Below are positions 46,749-59,703 of a DNA stretch of 64,000 nucleotides, piece after piece. Below the pieces are notes generated by a model. The model searched no databases. It saw only the letters and a list, made by a program, of their open reading frames with translations, and was not told the origin of the DNA. Source of the DNA: an uncultured delta proteobacterium (lineage in GTDB: Bacteria; Myxococcota; UBA727; VGSZ01); contig CAVZJB010000016.1 of NCBI GenBank assembly GCA_963775425.1, positions 960,001 through 1,024,000 on the forward strand. The letters are read 5' to 3'. Within the stretch, counting starts at the first letter, position 1. Every line of letters starts with the position of its first letter. The translations under genes and the position numbers were made by a program.

Positions 46749-48641
46749 GTGCTCGGCTCGCCGTTCGCGGACCTGGATGCCTTCACCGCGGCCCTCGGCC
46801 GGGCGGAGGTCGACACCAAGGTGCTCGTCCTCGACGACAAGGGCACCATCTGCGCCACGGCGCGCGAGGCGGCGCGGGCGGCGGCGGCGACGAACCTCGT
46901 CGCGGTGAACAACGAGATCACCGTGAAGGGCCCGCTGTCCCGCGGCGGCATGGGGCGCATCCTGCTCGCGCAGCAGTCGTCGCTCGGGCGCGAGGTCGCG
47001 GTGAAAGTCGCCTCCGACGGCGACGAGGGATCGCTCGCCCAGGCCGACCTCGTCGTCGAGGCGCGCGTGGCGGGCCAGCTCGAGCACCCGAACATCGTCC
47101 CGGTCCACCTGCTCGGCGTCGCCGACGGCAAGCCCGTCATCGTCATGAAGCGCATCGAGGGGCGCACGTGGAAGGGGCTCCTGACGGACAAGCGCGACCA
47201 GGCGCCACCGCTCCCTCCGCTCGCCGATCGACCCGACGGCGTGTCGGGGCGCGATCTGCGGCGCGACATCGAGATCCTCATGGAGGTCTGCCAGGCGCTC
47301 CACTTCGCCCACGACCGCGGCGTGGTGCACCGGGACGTCAAGCCGCAAAACGTGATGGTCGGCCGCTTCGGCGAGGTCTACCTCCTCGACTGGGGCATCG
47401 CCGTCGGCTTCGGCGACGCGCCGCCCGCCGAGCTTCCCCTGGCGAAAGACGTCGACGGCGTGGCCGGCACCCCGGCGTACATGGCGCCGGAGATGGCCCT
47501 GCCCGCCGGCGCCATCTCCCCGCGCACCGACGTGTATCTCGCGGGCGCCGTGCTCTACGAGGTGATCACCGGCTCACCGCCGCACGCGGGACGGAACCTC
47601 GAGGAGAGCCTGTTTTCCGCGCACATCGCGGCCGTGCCGTCCTTCGCCGACGACGTGCCCGAGGAGCTCGCGGACATCTGCCGGCGCGCCATGAGCCGCG
47701 ACCCCGCCGATCGGTTCGCGAGCGCCGAAGCGCTGCGGCTGGCGCTCGCTGCGTTTTCGAGCCACGCCGCGTCGCGCGAGACCTGCCGCGCCGCCGAGGA
47801 GAGCCTGCAGAGCCTGCAAGCGCTCCCGGCCGACGCCGCCGACGGCGACGTGCAGCGGCTGTTCAACGAGTGCCGCTTCGGCTTCTCGCTCGCGCTGCGC
47901 ACCTGGCCGGAGTCCACGCGCGCCCGGGACGGCCTCGCGCGCGCCGTGGCCGGCATGGCCCGCCGCGAGCTCGACGCCGGGCGCTACGACTCCGCGCGCC
48001 TCCTCGCCGCCGAGCTCGCCGTGGTCCCGCCCGAGCTCGAGGAGCGCCTCGCGGCGCTGCGCCAGCGACGCGACCACGAGGCGGTGGAGCTATCGCGCCT
48101 GACGCACGAGACCGACGTCAGTGTCGCGGAGCGCGAGCGCGCCGTCGTCGTCGTCATCTGCGCGGCCGGCTGGTTCGCGATGCTCCTGGCGATGGATCTG
48201 CTCGCGCGCTTCGGGGTCTGGCGCGCGCAGAGCGGCACCTTCGCCATCATCATGGGCGCGTTCCTGCTCCTGGTCGGCGGCGTCGGCCTGGTGGTGCCCG
48301 GCATCCGCGCCACCGCCGCCAGCCGCTCGCTCTACCTCGCGCTGCTCATCACCGTCGCCGGCATCGACGCGCTGCACGTCATCGGTTGGCTCTTCGCGCT
48401 GCCGCCGACGCCGATGCTCGCGATCGGCCACACGCTCCTCGCCGCGTGCCTGCTCACCGTCGCCGCGCAGGACCCGCGGATGCTCGCGGGCGCGGCGCTG
48501 AGCGCGGCCATCCCCATCGTCATCGTCGTCGCGCCGCCGCTGACCTACCTCGGCAGCGGCATCGGCGCGCTGGTGGCTCTGGCGCTGGTGGCGCGCGGGT
48601 GGAGCCGCCCGCGCCGTGACCCCGAGCGCGGCGATCAATAG
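46749..48641 (+). CDS. Ser/Thr kinase with C-terminal multi-TM domain
   Basis: RGGMG, VAVK, HRDVKPQN, DWG, GTPAYMAPE; about 6 TM helices. Confidence 0.92.
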   Translation: MLGSPFADLDAFTAALGRAEVDTKVLVLDDKGTICATAREAARAAAATNLVAVNNEITVKGPLSRGGMGRILLAQQSSLGREVAVKVASDGDEGSLAQADLVVEARVAGQLEHPNIVPVHLLGVADGKPVIVMKRIEGRTWKGLLTDKRDQAPPLPPLADRPDGVSGRDLRRDIEILMEVCQALHFAHDRGVVHRDVKPQNVMVGRFGEVYLLDWGIAVGFGDAPPAELPLAKDVDGVAGTPAYMAPEMALPAGAISPRTDVYLAGAVLYEVITGSPPHAGRNLEESLFSAHIAAVPSFADDVPEELADICRRAMSRDPADRFASAEALRLALAAFSSHAASRETCRAAEESLQSLQALPADAADGDVQRLFNECRFGFSLALRTWPESTRARDGLARAVAGMARRELDAGRYDSARLLAAELAVVPPELEERLAALRQRRDHEAVELSRLTHETDVSVAERERAVVVVICAAGWFAMLLAMDLLARFGVWRAQSGTFAIIMGAFLLLVGGVGLVVPGIRATAASRSLYLALLITVAGIDALHVIGWLFALPPTPMLAIGHTLLAACLLTVAAQDPRMLAGAALSAAIPIVIVVAPPLTYLGSGIGALVALALVARGWSRPRRDPERGDQ

Positions 48642-49252
48642 CGCTGGGGGCGCCCCCCGCTTCGCGGTGTGCGGCCGACGAACGGCACGGCCATGTCCGC
48701 AGGCGTGGTGGTTACCAGCGGCACCGGCTGCGTGAAGTCGACGTCGATCCGGTCGGGCCCCTGCCGCGCGCCCTCGCCGACGCCGAGGATGACCGCGTAC
48801 GGCGCTTCGGCGATGAGGATGACGCCGACGAGGTACGCGGTGTACGCGCCGAGGACGAGGAACAAGGCGACCGTGGGATCGGTGAGCACGAGGACGGCCG
48901 CGGGCACCGCGAGCACGAGCCCCACGAGGCCGGCGCCGCCGAGGACGCACATGCCGCCGGCGCTGCACAGAGACGCCATGAGCGCGTCGCTGTTCAGGCC
49001 GGTCCTTTTGTACGCGAAGCGCGCGGTCTTTTCCCGGTGTTGCACCTCGACGGGCACGAGGTCGTCGCGGCCGCTCTGCTCGTCGAGGCGGTACGGCGTG
49101 CGCCCGACCACCTTGCCGTTGACGATGACGTCGGCGCCGGCGGGCCGGCTGGCGATGGTGACGGCGTGGGCGCAGCCGATGTCGGCGGCGCAGGCGACGA
49201 CGAGCGCGCCGGCGGCGACGAGCTTCGCGAGCGCCTGCCCGGAGATCCTCAC
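48635..49252 (-). CDS. PEGA-domain lipoprotein with hydrophobic segments
   Basis: IGC lipobox; VTIASRPAGADVIVNGKVVGRTP. Confidence 0.75.
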   Translation of the reverse strand: MRISGQALAKLVAAGALVVACAADIGCAHAVTIASRPAGADVIVNGKVVGRTPYRLDEQSGRDDLVPVEVQHREKTARFAYKRTGLNSDALMASLCSAGGMCVLGGAGLVGLVLAVPAAVLVLTDPTVALFLVLGAYTAYLVGVILIAEAPYAVILGVGEGARQGPDRIDVDFTQPVPLVTTTPADMAVPFVGRTPRSGGRPQRY

Positions 49253-49842
49253 GAGGTGCCCTCCGGCGTCAGCGGCGGCGGCGGCTCGCTCGGATCGAGG
49301 GGCGCGCCCGCGGGCGGCGCCGGTGACGACGACGGCGGTGACGACGGCGTGATGATGTCCGGCGGAGGCGCGATGATGTCCGGCGGCGGCGTGGCGGCGT
49401 CCGGCGGCGGCACCGGCGCGGGCGCGACCTTCCTGTGCAGGAGCGGGCGGCCGGGAGGCGGCGGCCCCGGGATGCGCACGACGTCGGCGCGCACGCGATA
49501 GCTGCGCGGCGTGACGATGCCGAGCGTGAGCGTGCGGAAGATGACGTCCCCGGTGGTGAGCTCGCTGTCGAGGATGACGTTGGCGACGCCGTCGCCGCCC
49601 GCCTTCTCCACCGCCCGAAGCAGCGGCCCGGCGTAGATGTCCGTGGGCGTCTGCGGCAGGAGACCGTCGAGGAAGAACACGTGCGAGACGCGCTCGTCGA
49701 CGTGGCCGACGACGACGATGTCCTCGTGCGGCGCCGCCGGCCGCCAGGTGCCCGGGATGTCGGCGCGCAACGTGTAGCAGCCCGCCGACGACGCACACGC
49801 GACCAGCGCGACGAGCGCGACGAGCGCGCGGCGGGCGGTCAC
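49249..49842 (-). CDS. Bor/Iss-like lipoprotein with Pro-rich tail
   Basis: SAGC lipobox; FFLDGL; LTLGIVTPRS. Confidence 0.65.
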   Translation of the reverse strand: MTARRALVALVALVACASSAGCYTLRADIPGTWRPAAPHEDIVVVGHVDERVSHVFFLDGLLPQTPTDIYAGPLLRAVEKAGGDGVANVILDSELTTGDVIFRTLTLGIVTPRSYRVRADVVRIPGPPPPGRPLLHRKVAPAPVPPPDAATPPPDIIAPPPDIITPSSPPSSSPAPPAGAPLDPSEPPPPLTPEGTS

Positions 49843-50414
49843 GGCGTCACCTGCGCCACGGCCGGCGGGGGCTCGCGGAGATCGTCTTTGGGGGGCTTGC
49901 TCCCCGCCGTGACAGGCGGCGCTTGCGAGGGCGGGGCCGCGGCGTCGACGGGCCCGGGGGAGAGCCTGCGCGCGTGCGCCCGGGCCGTGAAGGTGTACGA
50001 GGGCAGCGCCCAGCTCGCGAGCGGGAAGACGATGGGCACGAACGTGGCCGCCACGACGTCGAGCACCGCCTCCTGCTCGCCCACCTGCAGCTCCGTGAGC
50101 GCGCCGCTCGCGGTGAGCGCGGCCTGAAGCTCGGGCGTGGGGCTCTCGTTGTAGATGGGGATGGAGCCGACGATCCAATAGTGCCGATCCTCGACGCTGA
50201 CCTCGCCCCCTGACGCGCTCACGCCGGCGCCCTCGGCGAGCGCCTCGCTGCCCGAGCGCACCTGGCGCGGGTCCGGCTTGACGCGCGTGTTGGTGGGCAG
50301 CCCGCTCCCGTCCGTGCGCATGTCGATGACGCCAGGGAGGAACGCGCGGTGATGGAAGCAGCCGGCGGCGAGCACGCACGCGGCCACGATCGACGCCCAG
50401 CGCAGAGCCCCCAT
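49839..50414 (-). CDS. Bor-like lipoprotein
   Basis: AAGC lipobox; HYWIVGSIP; hydrophobic hairpin ending LPSYTF. Confidence 0.55.
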   Translation of the reverse strand: MGALRWASIVAACVLAAGCFHHRAFLPGVIDMRTDGSGLPTNTRVKPDPRQVRSGSEALAEGAGVSASGGEVSVEDRHYWIVGSIPIYNESPTPELQAALTASGALTELQVGEQEAVLDVVAATFVPIVFPLASWALPSYTFTARAHARRLSPGPVDAAAPPSQAPPVTAGSKPPKDDLREPPPAVAQVTP

Positions 50415-50459
50415 GGGCGGCAACGTTCCACGCCCCGAACGGGACGTCCACACGGTTCG

Positions 50460-51440
50460 CTACGCGCCTTCGTCGGCGAGCTGGCGCAAGGTGCGGGCGA
50501 GGGCGCGGGCCGCAGGCCGCAGGCCGGTGGCGCGGAAGCGGTTGCCGCTCCTGACCATGACCTCGTCGACGTGGCGGCCGTCGGGGCTCTTGAAGGCGAC
50601 CTCGAAGGTCACGCTCTTCACGCGCGCGCGGCAGCGAAACTCGGTGGCGTCCTCGGTGCGCTGGCGCCAGGGGTCAGAGACGGACTCGATGCCGTCTTCG
50701 GCGCGCAGATCCCACGCGAGGGCGCGCGCTTGCTGCGCCGCGGGCTCCACGCGGTCCTCGGTGAACGGCCCGACGTCGACGGCCGGGTCGATGGCGCGCA
50801 GGTGCGCGACGGCGTCGCGGAGCGCGGTGTCGTCGAGGACGGCGGTGGGGGAGCGCGCGAAGGCCTCGCGGGCGCCGCGATCATGGACGCGGGCCTCGAA
50901 GCCGGCCCCGCCGAGGACGACGTCGGCGCGCACCACGAACGACGGCGGCCCGCGCGCGTCGCGGCCCGCGAGGAGCACGGAGCCGGCGACGCCGAGGTCG
51001 GCGTAGACGGGGGCGCCTTTGCGGGCGGCGATGTCGGGCTCGAAGATGCCGGCGATGTCGGCGCTCCACCCGACGCGCGCGTTGTGGATGGGCCCGCGCG
51101 GCGAGAGCGTGACGGTGTACAGGCCGTCGGCGAATTCCTCGAGGAGCGGCGCGAGCCCGAGCGCGGTCTCCTCGTCGAGGAGCGGCCGCGCCGCGAGCGG
51201 CGGCACCGCGGGCAGCGCCGCGCCGCCGGGCGGCGGGAGCACGAGGCCGCCGGGCTCTTCGCCCTCGAGCACCACGAACGCCGGCGCGCCGTCGATGACG
51301 AAGGCGCCCGCATGGGTGCCGGGGACCGGGCCCGGCCCCTGCCCGAAGCGGAGCCGGCCGCTGCCGCCCTGGACCTCGACCTCGACGAGGTTGACGCCCT
51401 CGGCGCCCCTCCGCAGTCCCGTGATGCGCACGCTTGCCAC
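50460..51440 (-). CDS. Hypothetical protein (326 aa)
   Basis: GC3-biased frame; TAAGTT-N6-GTG upstream. Confidence 0.65.
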   Translation of the reverse strand: MASVRITGLRRGAEGVNLVEVEVQGGSGRLRFGQGPGPVPGTHAGAFVIDGAPAFVVLEGEEPGGLVLPPPGGAALPAVPPLAARPLLDEETALGLAPLLEEFADGLYTVTLSPRGPIHNARVGWSADIAGIFEPDIAARKGAPVYADLGVAGSVLLAGRDARGPPSFVVRADVVLGGAGFEARVHDRGAREAFARSPTAVLDDTALRDAVAHLRAIDPAVDVGPFTEDRVEPAAQQARALAWDLRAEDGIESVSDPWRQRTEDATEFRCRARVKSVTFEVAFKSPDGRHVDEVMVRSGNRFRATGLRPAARALARTLRQLADEGA

Positions 51441-51499
51441 CGCGGGAACTTAGCGTGCGCCGGGGGCCCCGACGAATTTCGTCGACGCGCGCATCGTGG

Positions 51500-52561
51500 C
51501 TACAGGCCGAGGCGGGCCGCGAGGGCGGCGACGTCGGCGACGTCTTTGGCGCCAGGGACGTTGTGCAGATACAGCCGCAGGTCCGCGCGTGCGTTGTCGA
51601 GGTCGCCGCGGGCGGCGCGGACGCGGGCACGGGAGAGGAGCGGGTCGGGGTCGGTGACGCCGACGAAGGAAGAGAGCACGAGCGCGCGCGAGTACGCCTC
51701 CTCGGCCAGCGCGAGGTCGCCGACGTCTTCGGCGACGCGGCCGGCGGCGAACGCGAGCGGGCGCGCGCCAGGGCTCTCGGGGTGCTCGAGGCCGAAGGCG
51801 CGGCACACCTCCACCGCCTCGCGGTCACGCTTGTGGAGCAGCTTCTGCTCGCAGCGGATGCGCATGGCCTCGGCGCTCTTGAGGCGCGCGAGATCGGCGT
51901 CGACGGCGTCGAGGGCGTCGGGGAAGCGCCGGGCCACCAGGGAGAGCGCCGCGCCGGCGCCGTCGTCGGCGGCGAGCGCCTTCACGAGCACGCGCGCAGC
52001 GCCCACGCCGTCGCCGCGCTCGACGAGGGCGTCGGCCTGCTCCCGCCACGAGCGCGCGGGCGTCGCGGCGCTGCGAGGCGCGGGCTTCACGCGCGGCGCC
52101 ACGACGGCGACCTCGGCCAGCCCGGACGGCGCCCCCGGGGAGGGGCCCACGGACGGCGTCCCCGGGGAGGGGCCCACGGACGGCGTCTCCACGGACGGCG
52201 TCCCCACGGAGGGGCCCCCCACCGACGACGCCCCCACCGACGACGCCCCCATCGACGGGGCACGCGACGGGGCCGCGACCGGCGTCACCGCCGAAGGCGC
52301 GACGGCGACGGTGCCCTCGACGCGGGAGGCGTGCGTCACCAGGCCGAACCCGCCGGCGCCGGCGAAGCCCGCGGCGAGGGCGACGAGGCCGACGCGCAGC
52401 GGCGTCCAGCGGACCCGCGATCGGGCGTCGGCGTCGAGGGCGCGCTCCAGGGAGCGCCAGGCGCGCGCCGTCGAAAACGGCGAGACCGGCTCCGGCTGCG
52501 CGGCCTCCCGGAACGCGGCGAGCGCCGCGTCGTCGGCGGGCGGGAGCGTGGGATCGCTCAC
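51500..52561 (-). CDS. Putative anti-sigma factor (TM, repeat linker, TPR-like C-terminus)
   Basis: Coupled to ECF sigma by GTGA; single TM; PSVG repeats at about 52120-52260. Confidence 0.7.
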   Translation of the reverse strand: MSDPTLPPADDAALAAFREAAQPEPVSPFSTARAWRSLERALDADARSRVRWTPLRVGLVALAAGFAGAGGFGLVTHASRVEGTVAVAPSAVTPVAAPSRAPSMGASSVGASSVGGPSVGTPSVETPSVGPSPGTPSVGPSPGAPSGLAEVAVVAPRVKPAPRSAATPARSWREQADALVERGDGVGAARVLVKALAADDGAGAALSLVARRFPDALDAVDADLARLKSAEAMRIRCEQKLLHKRDREAVEVCRAFGLEHPESPGARPLAFAAGRVAEDVGDLALAEEAYSRALVLSSFVGVTDPDPLLSRARVRAARGDLDNARADLRLYLHNVPGAKDVADVAALAARLGL

Positions 52562-53235
52562 GCGTCCTCCCCCCGGGCGCTGCCGCGCCCCGCGAGCAGG
52601 TCCACGAAGCCCTTGTGACCGCGGACCCGCTGCGCCACCTCGCGGCGCGCGTGGAACAGGCGCGTCCGGACGGTGGCGTCGGGCACCTCGAGGATCTCCG
52701 CGATCTCCGTCGACGACAGCCCCTCGAGGTCCGCGAGGACAAACACCGCGCGCTTCTTGGGGGACAGCGCCTGGAGCACCTCGGAGACCGCGGCCTCACG
52801 CGCGTGCCGGGAGGCGATCTCGTCGGCGCCGAGGCCGGGCTGCTGCCACACGGGCACCGCCGCGCGATCGGCGGCGGCGTTGACGTCGCTCACGAGCAGC
52901 CGGCGCAGGCGGCGGCGGGTGGAGAAGCATGTGTGCATGGCCACCCGCGTGATCCAGGTGGTGAAGCGGCTGCGCCCCTCGAAGCGCGGCAGGCAGCGCC
53001 AGGCCTCGAGGAACGCCTGCTGCACGGCGTCATCGACCTCCACGGGGTCGGCGAGCATCCGCATGCACATGGCCTGCACGCGGCCGTGGTGCTTCTTGAA
53101 CAGGGCCCCGAAGGCGACCCGGTCGCCCTGCTGCGCCCGGCGCACCAGATCGGCGTCCTCGTCGAGGACGTCGGGAGACTTCTGGAGCGAGAGGGCGGCC
53201 TGCATGTCGTCGCCCGGTTTGGTGCCGTTGGCCAT
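52558..53235 (-). CDS. ECF RNA polymerase sigma factor
   Basis: GDRVAF..L, DAVQQAFL, FEGRSRFTTWI, LEGLS..EIA..L..TVRTRLFHAR. Confidence 0.95.
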   Translation of the reverse strand: MANGTKPGDDMQAALSLQKSPDVLDEDADLVRRAQQGDRVAFGALFKKHHGRVQAMCMRMLADPVEVDDAVQQAFLEAWRCLPRFEGRSRFTTWITRVAMHTCFSTRRRLRRLLVSDVNAAADRAAVPVWQQPGLGADEIASRHAREAAVSEVLQALSPKKRAVFVLADLEGLSSTEIAEILEVPDATVRTRLFHARREVAQRVRGHKGFVDLLAGRGSARGEDA

Positions 53236-53300
53236 GGATCTCGTTCAAGCCTAGGCCACTGCGTGGAAGCCCGGTAGACAGGCGCCAGGACTCCGCCTAG

Positions 53301-53326
53301 AGACGGCGGTCCCGGCCCGGCGTTCG
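53301..53326 (-). promoter_or_regulatory. Putative autoregulatory ECF promoter cGAAC-N16-CGTCT
   Basis: ECF-type -35/-10 about 65 nt upstream of the sigma ATG. Confidence 0.5.
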
Positions 53327-53386
53327 TGCCGTGCGCGGGCATCGAGGGCCGCCCCGTCAGCACGGGGCTCGGGCAAACGGGCGGAC

Positions 53387-55147
53387 ATGGGAGAACCGGA
53401 GCAGTCGCCGCCGTCGAGCCGCTGGGATCCACGCGACCAGGAGCACCTGCGCCGCGTGGTCGCGCTGCGGCCCGAGGTGGACACGCAGCTCGGCGGCACC
53501 GAGCACGCGGCCGAGCTCGGCGAGACCACCGTCGAGGCCCGGCAGGGCTTGCTCGAGGCCCTCGTCGCGTGGCGCCGTGATCTCGAGACGCAGATGAACG
53601 ACTCGCGCGAGCGCATGCTCGACGTGCGCGTCTTCGCGGCGTCGCTCGAGCTGTTCCGCTTCTCCGAGGAGCAGGTGGCGATGCACCGCCACGATCCCGA
53701 CAGCGCCACGTCGCTGTTCGAGACGCTGCTGTACCACCTGCGCGGCCACGCCGAGAGCGAAGCGGAGCGCTTCGCCACCCTCGCCCAGCGCCTGCGCCTC
53801 GTCGGCAACCACTTCGAAGGCGCGCGCGCCGGCGTCGACAAGCCCTCGGCGGAGCTCGTGCTGCGCGCCCGCGACGTCCTCGACGGCGCCCCCAATCTCC
53901 TGCGCGCCGTCGCCGACGCCAGCCGCCACGCGGCCGCGAGCCCCCCGCCGGGCGCCAGCGCCATCCCCGCCGCCGTCAGCGCCGAGGTGCAGGAGGCGGT
54001 GCAGGTCGCCGCCGCCGCCGTCGACGATCAGCGCCGCTGGCTCGCGTCGCTCGAGGCGCGACCGCACGAGCCCATCGGCCTCCCGGCCCTCGACGAGCTC
54101 CTGCGCCTGCGCGGCCTCGACCTCACCGCCGCGGAGGTGCTCGACCTCGCGCGCAGCATCGCCGAGGAGCTGCGCGTCGAGCAGGCGCGCGCGGCCAAGC
54201 GGCTGACCCGCAAGGGGCCGCCGCGCACGGTCGACGAGTCCGTGGCGCAGGCGCGCGCCGCCACCACCCCCACCAGCCTCGGCGAGGCCATCGCGTGGCT
54301 CAGCGACCTCGTCGGCGTGTCACGCGAGTGGCTGCAACAGCAGGGCGCGGTGCCGTTGCCCGACACCGACGCCGAGCGCATCGTCGTCGAGGCCATGCCC
54401 ACGGTGCTCGCGCCTTCGGGCCGCGCGCTCCTGCACCTGCCGCCGCAGCCGAAGGCGCCGCGGCAGGAGAGCCTGCTCCTCGTGCGCGAGCCGCTCGGGC
54501 CGCAGGCGGAGGCGCTGCAGGAGCTCTCCGTCGCCGATCTCGAAAACGCCTCCGCGTCGCTGGCGTACCCCGGGCGCCACCTGCAGAGCGTGTGGACCAA
54601 CCTCGCCACCACCATCGCGCGCCGCGGCGTTCCGCTCGGCAGCTTCGGCAGCGTCGCGGGCACGTGGGGCATGGACATGGTCCACGGCTGGTCGCACTCC
54701 GCCGAAGAGCTGATGCGCGAGATGCAGTTCCGGCCGTCGCCCGCCAGCCGCCTCATCATGGTGCGCCGCGCGCTCTTGACGACGCTGCTCGCCGCCGTCG
54801 ACGTCAACCTCAGCATCGGCCGCATGACGCCCGAGCAGGCCGCCGTGTTCCTCGTGCGCCGGGCGGGCGTCCGCCTGCCGGTGGCGCGGGCGCAGGTGCG
54901 CACGCTGTTGCGCGCGCCCACGCTCGGCCTCTCCGCGCTCGTCGGCAAGGTGCGCATCGAGCAGCTCCGCCGGGAGGCGCACAAGCGCTGGCGCGACGGC
55001 TACAGCGAGAAGCGCTTCCACTCGCTGCTGCTCGTGAGCGGTCCCCTGCCCCTCGCGTACCTCTTCGAGCGCTTGCAGGACCCGCCCACCTTCGTCAGCG
55101 ACGTGCCCACGGCCTCGTTCGCCGACGGCAACGGCGCCCCCAAGTAG
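53387..55147 (+). CDS. DUF885 family protein with degenerate metal motif
   Basis: YPGRHLQ, HGWSHSAEELM, KRFHSLLLVSGPLPL. Confidence 0.75.
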   Translation: MGEPEQSPPSSRWDPRDQEHLRRVVALRPEVDTQLGGTEHAAELGETTVEARQGLLEALVAWRRDLETQMNDSRERMLDVRVFAASLELFRFSEEQVAMHRHDPDSATSLFETLLYHLRGHAESEAERFATLAQRLRLVGNHFEGARAGVDKPSAELVLRARDVLDGAPNLLRAVADASRHAAASPPPGASAIPAAVSAEVQEAVQVAAAAVDDQRRWLASLEARPHEPIGLPALDELLRLRGLDLTAAEVLDLARSIAEELRVEQARAAKRLTRKGPPRTVDESVAQARAATTPTSLGEAIAWLSDLVGVSREWLQQQGAVPLPDTDAERIVVEAMPTVLAPSGRALLHLPPQPKAPRQESLLLVREPLGPQAEALQELSVADLENASASLAYPGRHLQSVWTNLATTIARRGVPLGSFGSVAGTWGMDMVHGWSHSAEELMREMQFRPSPASRLIMVRRALLTTLLAAVDVNLSIGRMTPEQAAVFLVRRAGVRLPVARAQVRTLLRAPTLGLSALVGKVRIEQLRREAHKRWRDGYSEKRFHSLLLVSGPLPLAYLFERLQDPPTFVSDVPTASFADGNGAPK

Positions 55148-55156
55148 CCGCTGCGC

Positions 55157-55768
55157 TCACGGCGCGAGCTCGGCGGAGTCGACGCTCACCGTGCGGCGCA
55201 GGCCGTCGAGCACGAGGGTGACGTCGACGACGACGTGGCCGGAGGGCGCGGCGTCGTAGACGAGCTTGCCGCGCTCCGCGATGCACGACGCGAGCACCGG
55301 CGACGGCGCCACGGGCATGGTGACCACGGCCGCGCCGTGGCCGGCGACGACGCGCACCGAGGCCTTGCCGCCGAGCGCCGGGTCGAAGCGCAGCGCGGCC
55401 TTGAGGCACTCCTCGACGACGGGCACCACGAGCGCGGCGACGTCGGCGGTCTTCACCGGCGGTCCAGGCACGATCACCGGCCCCGCGTCCGGCGGCGGCG
55501 TCGGACCGATCAGGGGCGCGCCGGCGTCGACGACGACGCCCGCGTCGGCGACGGCCACGCCGGCGTCCGCGCGCGGACGGGCGGCCGGCCTCACGAGGCC
55601 GGCGTCGGGCTCCACCTCGTGCGGCACGCCGCGCGGCGTGTCGCGCGTGGCCCACGCCGACACCGCGAGCCCGAAGACGAACAACACCGCGGCGACGGCG
55701 CCGGCGAGGAGGCCGCGCCAGGGCGCGCGCTTCTTGGGCTCACCGGCGTCCCTGGCGACGAGCGACAT
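55157..55768 (-). CDS. Single-TM hypothetical protein with Cys-pair C-terminal domain (AgmX/TonB-C-like)
   Basis: TM, DAG/Pro linker, VEECL...LASCI. Confidence 0.6.
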   Translation of the reverse strand: MSLVARDAGEPKKRAPWRGLLAGAVAAVLFVFGLAVSAWATRDTPRGVPHEVEPDAGLVRPAARPRADAGVAVADAGVVVDAGAPLIGPTPPPDAGPVIVPGPPVKTADVAALVVPVVEECLKAALRFDPALGGKASVRVVAGHGAAVVTMPVAPSPVLASCIAERGKLVYDAAPSGHVVVDVTLVLDGLRRTVSVDSAELAP

Positions 55769-56349
55769 CTACAACACGGCGACGCCGACGTCGCCGCCCT
55801 CGAACCGCGCGATGACGCCGCCCTCCTCGAGCAGGCGCGCGAACCGCGGCCGGAACACGCGCCCGGGGTCGCCGACGACGACGACGGCGCCGGCGCGCTT
55901 GGCCTCGAGCGCGCGGCGCGCCGCGGCGTCGGCGAGCTCGGCTTCATAGAGGAGATCGGCGACGACGACGACGTCCGCCTGTGGGAGGGGCTCGACGCCG
56001 GCGACGTCGAAGAGCGCGGTGTCGACCGTGAAGCCCGCGTGGTCGGCGGCGCGGCGGAGCAGCGCGAGCGCGCCCGCGTCGATGTCGGTGGCGATGACGC
56101 GCGCGCCGTGACGCGCGGCGACGAGCGAGACGAGGCCCGTGCCGCACCCGATCTCGAGCACGCGCTTTCCGGCCAACGGCATGCCGGCGATGACGCGCGC
56201 GACGACCGGCGCGCTCGACCACAACACGCGGCCGTAGGGCGCGGGGCCGCCGCGGGCGATGGCGTCGTCGAGGTCGCGCTCGGCGTCGGCCGTCTCGAAG
56301 ATGGTGAGGGGCCCGCCGGGCGCGTCGACGTGGCTCTCGCGAAGCGCGC

Positions 56350-56353
<4 letters not shown>
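55769..56353 (-). CDS. Class I SAM methyltransferase (METTL21/lysine-methyltransferase-like)
   Basis: PYG.VLW.SA, VLEIGCGTG, ATD, ADLLYE, GDPGR. Confidence 0.85.
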
Positions 56354-59699
<3,346 letters not shown>

Positions 59700-59703
<4 letters not shown>

